Shown piece after piece: positions 24,812 to 31,082 of a stretch of DNA of 31,082 bases. The DNA is taken from IMG/VR virus record IMGVR_UViG_3300037634_000692, positions 1-31,082 of that record. One strand, written 5' to 3'. Position 1 is the first letter of the stretch. Every line of letters begins with the position of its first letter. Both the position numbers and the translations under genes were made by a program. Below the pieces are notes generated by a model. It saw only the letters and a list, made by a program, of their open reading frames with translations. It was not told the origin of the DNA and searched no databases. The stretch comes from a virus. Taxonomy: Duplodnaviria; Caudoviricetes.

Positions 24812-26320
24812 TTATTTCATTAACATGAAATTGTTAGCACCTTGTGTAACTAAACATCTTTCAGAAAGCATGTGGATTTGCATCGCATCAAGCGCAGATG
24901 TAGCAGCGCCAACCGACCCAGTAACCCATGATTTCATTCTTCTGTCATCAGTTTGAGAAGCTCTATAACGAACATGTAAGAAAGGTCTCTTAAGATTCTT
25001 TCCTAATTGTTGGTCATAAACAGTAGATGTACCAGCGGGAACCATAACCCCACGAATAGCTTGACTAGTAGCAGCAGAGTTAATACCACCTCTAGTAGCT
25101 TTGTCATTTAAGTATCTAAAGTCAGATTTATAGAAGTCATAAGAACCTCTTCTGAAACCAGAGAAACCTAAGTTTAATGCCATATCCTCAGAATTGTTAA
25201 ATACCCCATAAGAAGTACCACCAGCCCCATAAGAATTCATAGAAGCTAGCATGTCATCCACCGCTAGAGACGTAGCTCTATTAACAAACATCATGTTTTC
25301 TTCAATAGCACCTTGATTATCAAACTCAGCTAAGATAGCGTCGAATTCAGCTAAATCAGTAGCAGCATTAACACCAGTAACACCAGAAGTAATATTACCT
25401 CTATCTTCGATAGCAGCAAATAAACCTTCAGTACCAGCGCCGTTAGCACCCGCGTCAGCAGATCCTCTAACTTGACTATTAGCACCAAAACCAATGATAG
25501 ATGCAGCAGCTGTTTTTTCAGCTTCTAGCATACTCATTTCTAAGTAATCATTGAAACGCGCTCTTGTATCAGCCTCAGCCTTTAGGTACCACATATATCC
25601 AGAAGCACCTCCTTCAGAAGCAACTTCAACCCAACCGATTCTAGAAACATCAGAACCTGATACTTCGTAGTAATCTTTTAAGATAATTGGTTTATTGTGG
25701 AATGATTTGAACGTAGGTTCGTTAGCACCTCTTGAATCAGTTTTGTATGTACCAGTTTCATCAGCGTAAGACGCTCCTTTACCGTACTCAGAGCCGATAA
25801 CTAATAAAGTAGCTGCACTAGCCGTTTCAGAATGACTAGTTAAAACAGCTTCACTATAAGATTCAAGTGAAACAACATTATTATCTGGAGTTTCTACTAC
25901 CAAACATTTAGAAACCACACCAGCGGTAGCTAATAACACCATGTCATTAACTCTAATACCGTGAGCTCTAGCCGATGTACCACCTACTGTTGTGTCTCCA
26001 TCAATGTCAGCAACAACAGAAAACGTACCGTTTGTGTCGCCATCTAAATCTATAGTACCCGTGTAAGATAAGTGTAGACGTGATTGTTCAGACCATACAA
26101 CTTGATCAGCTTGCATAGCCTCTTCAGCTCCAACTTGTGAAAGAAAACCAGATATAGTCCTAGGACCAAATACCTCTGCTTCTTTCTCCATTAGATCTGG
26201 TAAATATTGTTGCGCCCAACCTTGATTAGCGGTTGACGCAAGGTCTAGATAATTTGAAGATAATGTTTGCTTTTGTGAAGCTGGAACACTATTCAAATTA
26301 TTACCTGCAGTAATTGCCAT
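24812..26320 (-). CDS. Major capsid protein (502 aa)
   Basis: Follows the portal and scaffold-like genes and is followed by a terminator. Motifs W.EQSRLH, N.P.I.KD.Y.VSGSD, GTEGLFAAIEDRG, LGFSGFRRGSYDFYK and LSERCL...GANNF are consistent with crAss-like/flavobacterial phage HK97-fold MCPs. Confidence 0.85.
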   Translation of the reverse strand: MAITAGNNLNSVPASQKQTLSSNYLDLASTANQGWAQQYLPDLMEKEAEVFGPRTISGFLSQVGAEEAMQADQVVWSEQSRLHLSYTGTIDLDGDTNGTFSVVADIDGDTTVGGTSARAHGIRVNDMVLLATAGVVSKCLVVETPDNNVVSLESYSEAVLTSHSETASAATLLVIGSEYGKGASYADETGTYKTDSRGANEPTFKSFHNKPIILKDYYEVSGSDVSRIGWVEVASEGGASGYMWYLKAEADTRARFNDYLEMSMLEAEKTAAASIIGFGANSQVRGSADAGANGAGTEGLFAAIEDRGNITSGVTGVNAATDLAEFDAILAEFDNQGAIEENMMFVNRATSLAVDDMLASMNSYGAGGTSYGVFNNSEDMALNLGFSGFRRGSYDFYKSDFRYLNDKATRGGINSAATSQAIRGVMVPAGTSTVYDQQLGKNLKRPFLHVRYRASQTDDRRMKSWVTGSVGAATSALDAMQIHMLSERCLVTQGANNFMLMK

Positions 26321-26340
26321 AATTTTGTAATTTTAAATTG

Positions 26341-27495
26341 TTATTTGTTTTTAATTTTGAACTTAAAATCAGGTCCATCGTCGTTTAGAACTCTCGCGCT
26401 AAAACCACTGGTATTCACGTTCTCGACGTGTGCTTGTCTAGGATCCATGTTAACATTTTTAGATTTAGCAATGCTGTCTTTTAACGCGTCAGCTTTACCT
26501 TGTTCGTAAAAATGGTTAGCAACTTGATCTGGATTCATAGCTGTAAAAAGCCCTTTGTGATAACCTCTAGCGTCATCTATCATATTATCTTCAGTCAAAA
26601 ACTTTTTGATGAAGTTATTAATATCGCCTTGAGTTTCTCTAACGTTCTGCTTGTCTTTTATATTGAATCTAAATCTTTTATCTCCGACATTATATTCAAA
26701 ACCTTTGAAATTATCGCCAAAAACTTGATCAGATTTCATTCTAAAGACTTCAGATTGTTTTTCGCCTATTACACGATTTCGTTCTGATTCCTCGTTGTGT
26801 TTATTGAAGAATTCAATTGCGTTCTGTTGCTCACTTGTGAGTTTTGAACCCATTTTGATATCTTCATAATATTTGGATTTTACACTTTCCAAGTGTAGCT
26901 TTGCTTGAGCAACTTGCTCCTTCATTGCTAATTTTTTTCTTTTTATTTGTTTATCTTCATCTACATCTTCGTCATACGCAAACTCATCTTCCATAACGAA
27001 ATCTATTTCCTCCTCTGATAAATGGGGTTTAGTAGTTTTATAATATTCTTTTAATAGAGTATGGTTGTCTAATTCTGAATAATCTTGATTGAGTGTTATA
27101 TAGTCGTTTAAATCTCCACCGGTTTCATCCATAAAATTCACTAATTTCTGAATGTTTTCTGGTAATTCAACTCCGGTTTCTATTGATTTAGTTATAACTT
27201 CTTCAACTGTTTCTTCAACCTGTTCTTCGTTTGTTATTTCCTCAACGATAGGTACATCTTCGTCTTGGGCAGTATCTTGTTCCGGTAGTACCTCTTCAAC
27301 TACTTCTTGCTCTGTGTCGGTATTTTCTTCCGTTTTTAATGATTCGTCTAAATTAACTTTAGTTACAGTCTGTTCTTCGACTATAGGTTTCATTTTCATT
27401 TTTTCTTGTACTTCTGTAACGTCACCCTTAGGTTCGTTGACTTTTGTTTCTTGAGTAGTTTCTTCAACTACTTTCTCTTTTTTCTTTTTTGCCAT
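26341..27495 (-). CDS. Probable capsid scaffolding/assembly protein (384 aa)
   Basis: Very acidic disordered N-terminal third, then helical. It lies between portal and MCP. Confidence 0.6.
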   Translation of the reverse strand: MAKKKKEKVVEETTQETKVNEPKGDVTEVQEKMKMKPIVEEQTVTKVNLDESLKTEENTDTEQEVVEEVLPEQDTAQDEDVPIVEEITNEEQVEETVEEVITKSIETGVELPENIQKLVNFMDETGGDLNDYITLNQDYSELDNHTLLKEYYKTTKPHLSEEEIDFVMEDEFAYDEDVDEDKQIKRKKLAMKEQVAQAKLHLESVKSKYYEDIKMGSKLTSEQQNAIEFFNKHNEESERNRVIGEKQSEVFRMKSDQVFGDNFKGFEYNVGDKRFRFNIKDKQNVRETQGDINNFIKKFLTEDNMIDDARGYHKGLFTAMNPDQVANHFYEQGKADALKDSIAKSKNVNMDPRQAHVENVNTSGFSARVLNDDGPDFKFKIKNK

Positions 27496-27525
27496 AATAT
27501 AATATAATAATAATTAATAATTTGT

Positions 27526-29892
27526 TTATCTAGGACCGAATCTTGACATATCTATACCTTTCCCTAATACATCGTTACCTTTAGATTCAAAAGCTTGATT
27601 CTTATCTCCATCTGTTTTTGCAGCAGTTTGTATTCGCGTTCTTGTGTCAGCATGTCGTTCTTTTTCTCTTTCTAGTTTAGATCTCTCTTCAAGTTCCATT
27701 TTCTTCATTTGCATATTCATATCGAATTCTAGTTTCATCAGTTGTTTTTTAGTCTCTGCTTCGGCAAACATTCTGTCTGTTTCAAAGTCTGATTTAGCTT
27801 GTTCAATAGATATCGCTGTGTTTGCTATAGTTTGTTGTTTCATTTCCTCGAATTTAGCAGATGCTTCTTGCTGCTTAATATTTGCATCAGCTTGAGCCTG
27901 CATGTTCTCTTGTTGTATTTGTTGATCTCTAGCTATTTTTTTCTTTCTTCTAATTTTTAATAATTGATTAGCTAGTTTTACATTTTTAATTTCCCTAAGA
28001 TCAATAGCATCTTCAAGTTCTATGTTCTTCTGTCCTATTGCCACTTGAATATTCTGTTCTAATATAGCTTTTTCTTCTTCATCAGGTTGTAACTCCAAGA
28101 ATATACCAAAATCATAAAGATGTATTTCTGATACTTCAGCTAAAGTAGCCACGTTGTGTCCTCCTATTTGCTGCATAAAAGCATCTCTAGTTGGTGAATA
28201 TTCTATAATATCAGATATTCTGAGCGTTAAACGCTCGCAAACTTCTTGTGTTAAAAACAAGCCACTCTGAAGGATATGTCTTGTCGCTGTGTTTGAGTTA
28301 GCAGCTGCTAATTTCTGCACTCCTACTAATGATCTTTCTGCCGGCATACTTCCATCTCTAGCTTCGTTAAGACCAGTGACATCTCTTATCATCTGTAAAT
28401 AATAATTGTAATTACCAATAAGTGATTGTAATTTTTGACCACCACTTCCAGATTGTATTTCTTGAATAGGTACTTTACCAGGATTCATATCACCTTCACT
28501 AGTAAACGATCTCCCGATTACGGATCCAGTTTGAAAGAACATATTTAATGCTTCTTGTGGATTATAAGTTGTTCCATTTCCTAAATCTACTTCTGCTAAA
28601 CCATCAGCATCTAAATAAACTCCATCAGGCGTCATTCTAGATAATACTTGTTGAAGTTTGAGATGTGTTAATTGAATCATATCTGCAAAACCAGTAATTC
28701 TACCTACTAAAGATTCTATTCTGCCTTCGTACATTCTTGGAGCGCATATAGCGTAATTCATTTTGACTTTAGTGAAATCACTTTTAGGACGCATCATATT
28801 TTTTGACATCTCCCATTTTAGCAGTTTTTTAGTTCCTAAAACTAAGGCCCCGTCATATAAACATTCTATTTTTCTAGTTTCTCTACTAAAGTTCTCACTC
28901 TCTTCTGGATTAAAAGAATCATCTTTTTCTATAGCTTTCTCTGCACCGCTAGCCGTTTGTTTTAATTTATAAACTTCACTCATGTAAGTTTTATAGTTAA
29001 AGTACAATACTTTAATTCTATTACTATCATTCTCCTCTATAGTTCTGTATCTAGAGGAGTGACCTCCATTTATATCTGTTATTTCTTTTAAGTCTTCTTG
29101 AGTAAGATGTGGAAATTCTTTTATTAACTCGTTTACTGGGATTGATTTAACTTCTCCTACGTAATACACATCTTCAAAGTAAGGGGAATCCGTATGAGAA
29201 TAAACTAAACAAGATGGATTTACATAGTTAATCGTAACTCCCTCTGATGTATTAAAGGATGTTTTAACCGCTCCTATACCTAAAACGGTAAGATCGTAAT
29301 AAAATCGTTTTTTTATAAGATCATACTTATTACCTTCTAACAAAGTAGTTAAAGCTTGTTCTTCCGCTATTTCAACGGCTTGCTTATAATTTAATTGCAT
29401 ATGTAAATCTAATTCTTCTTGGGAATCAGGTAGTAATTCTGGTGGTCCACTAAATAGATCCATTCCAAATTCTTCTTTTACAAAGTTCTTAAGCTCTTTG
29501 CTTCTCATGTCTTCCATGATTTGATCCATGTATTGGGTTCTTTTGCTCACTCCGAATGGATCTTGAGAATATGCTTTAATGTCATATAGTCTTTCAGCAA
29601 TACCATTAACAACTATATCCACGAATTTAGGTATAATAGGTACGGGTTTCCAGTCTAAATTTAAATAAGACAAATCACCATTAATAGATAATTCGTCTTT
29701 ATATTTTTGAATTGACTGCTCTCCGCGAGCATAAAGTCTTAAGTTGTGAAAGTTGTTTTTGTTATAAATATATCTATTAGAATTATTGTCTTTATCAAAC
29801 CATTCACCCTCAATAGCTTGCGCCACCTTGAGTCCATACTCATAACTTATTTTCTCTGTATCGCTAACAACCTGACTTGGAAATTGTCTCAT
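27526..29892 (-). CDS. Portal protein (788 aa)
   Basis: Directly downstream of terminase. LDWKPVPIIPKFVDIVVNG, IRDVTGLNEARDG and a long Gln/Glu-rich C-terminal coiled coil (podoviral barrel). Confidence 0.85.
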   Translation of the reverse strand: MRQFPSQVVSDTEKISYEYGLKVAQAIEGEWFDKDNNSNRYIYNKNNFHNLRLYARGEQSIQKYKDELSINGDLSYLNLDWKPVPIIPKFVDIVVNGIAERLYDIKAYSQDPFGVSKRTQYMDQIMEDMRSKELKNFVKEEFGMDLFSGPPELLPDSQEELDLHMQLNYKQAVEIAEEQALTTLLEGNKYDLIKKRFYYDLTVLGIGAVKTSFNTSEGVTINYVNPSCLVYSHTDSPYFEDVYYVGEVKSIPVNELIKEFPHLTQEDLKEITDINGGHSSRYRTIEENDSNRIKVLYFNYKTYMSEVYKLKQTASGAEKAIEKDDSFNPEESENFSRETRKIECLYDGALVLGTKKLLKWEMSKNMMRPKSDFTKVKMNYAICAPRMYEGRIESLVGRITGFADMIQLTHLKLQQVLSRMTPDGVYLDADGLAEVDLGNGTTYNPQEALNMFFQTGSVIGRSFTSEGDMNPGKVPIQEIQSGSGGQKLQSLIGNYNYYLQMIRDVTGLNEARDGSMPAERSLVGVQKLAAANSNTATRHILQSGLFLTQEVCERLTLRISDIIEYSPTRDAFMQQIGGHNVATLAEVSEIHLYDFGIFLELQPDEEEKAILEQNIQVAIGQKNIELEDAIDLREIKNVKLANQLLKIRRKKKIARDQQIQQENMQAQADANIKQQEASAKFEEMKQQTIANTAISIEQAKSDFETDRMFAEAETKKQLMKLEFDMNMQMKKMELEERSKLEREKERHADTRTRIQTAAKTDGDKNQAFESKGNDVLGKGIDMSRFGPR

Positions 29893-29893
29893 A

Positions 29894-31082
29894 TTAATTC
29901 TTTATTATCTTTGAAGCATCACCTTTATTAGAATATTTAGCAATACTTATGTTTAGTTTTGGTTTTTCAATCTTCGCGTTTGGCCTATATAAATGTCTAT
30001 TACAAGCCATAATCGCTAATCCAGAACTAATCGTAGCGTCAAATTTAGTTCTTTTATTTATATCAAATCTACTCCAATCGTTTAGCGTTTCGTTGAAATA
30101 TATGTTTCCATAATTTCCATCACCTAAATGACCTACGTGACTTTGTATATACATCTCAATAGCGGCCGCGTGCGCTTGCTTAATGTCTTCACTTGAGTTA
30201 GGTATTCCACCTATTTCTTTTTCTGTTACAGATAATTTATTCCATAATTTATCCGGTCTATTCATAGAGTAACCTCTATATCCTCTTCTTCTTAAATGAT
30301 ATAACAATCTAGGTTTGTTGTTCTCACAAAGAAGTGGCATCCCATAAAATACTAAAGCCATCAACACATCTTCAAAGAATATCTCAGCCGTCTGTGGTCT
30401 TGCTACATATTCCAAAAATATATGGTTAGGTGGACAATCTTCCATGCTGAACTTTGTTAGTCCGTGTAAAGCTCCATTAGATCCCTTCCCATCTACTGTT
30501 CCTGATATATCGTAACTATCACAACCAAAAGCTCCCATGTGTTCATTTGCAGGGTATTTAATTCCGTTCTTTTGAATAATTTTATTCTGCATATGACTCG
30601 GTGGAAACCAACTCACCTTAAATCTACCTTTTGGATCTGGATAAAATATAACTTGCGTATCTTTTATACCATTCACCCATTGGAAATTACCCGTTGATAT
30701 AATTGATGAATTTCCTACTCCTTCATTATAATCTATTTGCTCATATATTTTAACAAGGTTGAAGATACTATTTAAAGCCTCGTCTCTAAACGCGTGTTCC
30801 GTAGTTCTTGGAAACTGTCTATAAAACTCGTTTAAAGCATCGTGATCAGATTTTAATCCCTCAACTTCATTTTGCCAATGCTCTATAATTCCATAGTCTA
30901 TTAATTCACCATCTGGGTCGAGCACATTCCCGTTTGGATTATCAAATACTGGAAATCCGTACTCATCAATAAATCCTTCGTAGTTCCATTCCATTGGGAT
31001 AAACAAAGAGTATAAACCAGATTTTGTCTGGCCATTTTTATTTCTTGAAGTGACATCTGATGCGTTATATAATTTTTTGAAG
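29894..31082 (-). CDS. terL: Terminase large subunit, C-terminal part including the RNase H-like nuclease domain (5'-truncated)
   Basis: The frame stays open past 31006 to the window edge (FKKLYNASDVTSRNKNGQTKSGLYSLFIPMEW). Motifs RQFPRT.EHAF, GAFGCDSYD, LCENNKP and TKFDATISSGLA; it lies upstream of the portal. Confidence 0.88.
   Translation of the reverse strand, partial: FKKLYNASDVTSRNKNGQTKSGLYSLFIPMEWNYEGFIDEYGFPVFDNPNGNVLDPDGELIDYGIIEHWQNEVEGLKSDHDALNEFYRQFPRTTEHAFRDEALNSIFNLVKIYEQIDYNEGVGNSSIISTGNFQWVNGIKDTQVIFYPDPKGRFKVSWFPPSHMQNKIIQKNGIKYPANEHMGAFGCDSYDISGTVDGKGSNGALHGLTKFSMEDCPPNHIFLEYVARPQTAEIFFEDVLMALVFYGMPLLCENNKPRLLYHLRRRGYRGYSMNRPDKLWNKLSVTEKEIGGIPNSSEDIKQAHAAAIEMYIQSHVGHLGDGNYGNIYFNETLNDWSRFDINKRTKFDATISSGLAIMACNRHLYRPNAKIEKPKLNISIAKYSNKGDASKIIKN

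Noticed and set aside
230-29931. All plus-strand ORFs in the track (60-135 aa) and the minus-strand 17992-18231 ORF
   Set aside because: They lie antisense to, or out of frame within, long coherent genes. They are mostly Ser/Leu/Phe-rich shadows of Glu/Lys-rich coding sequence, with no recognisable motifs.
31004-31006. Track start of the terminase ORF at 31006
   Set aside because: The frame is open to the window edge and the ATPase domain is missing, so the real start lies outside the window.
1-31082. Stop-codon reassignment as in some Crassvirales
   Set aside because: Genes tile the window at full length under the standard code, so recoding is not needed. Exclusive TAA use fits low GC.

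Overview
The window is the morphogenesis and ejection module of an AT-rich tailed phage, with all genes on the minus strand. The gene order is podovirus-type and distantly crAss-like, and the host is probably Bacteroidota/Flavobacteriia. In transcription order (right to left) it contains: terminase large subunit (truncated), portal, acidic scaffold-like protein, major capsid protein, terminator, a conserved 280-aa protein, a small 51-aa CGC protein, two tail ring/adaptor-like proteins, a 2380-aa tail stabilization/nozzle protein, a 414-aa beta-rich protein, a 130-aa protein, two probable ejection proteins and a giant ORF that the ORF track misses. That ORF starts at 11091, stays open to base 1 and encodes more than 3697 aa. 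Manual translation shows a polyvalent architecture: acidic/coiled N-terminus, Gly/Ala hydrophobic segment, HExxH zincin protease, sigma70 region-2-like domain, EHxxP (HNH-like) domain, a HAD phosphatase with a complete P-loop kinase nested inside it, and a WC-motif domain. Most module boundaries carry a recurring (S-R-I)-x-F-S-[K/E] linker. The best candidate novel system is a virion-injected, possibly self-processing effector polyprotein. All family calls come from motif recognition by eye; no searches were run.
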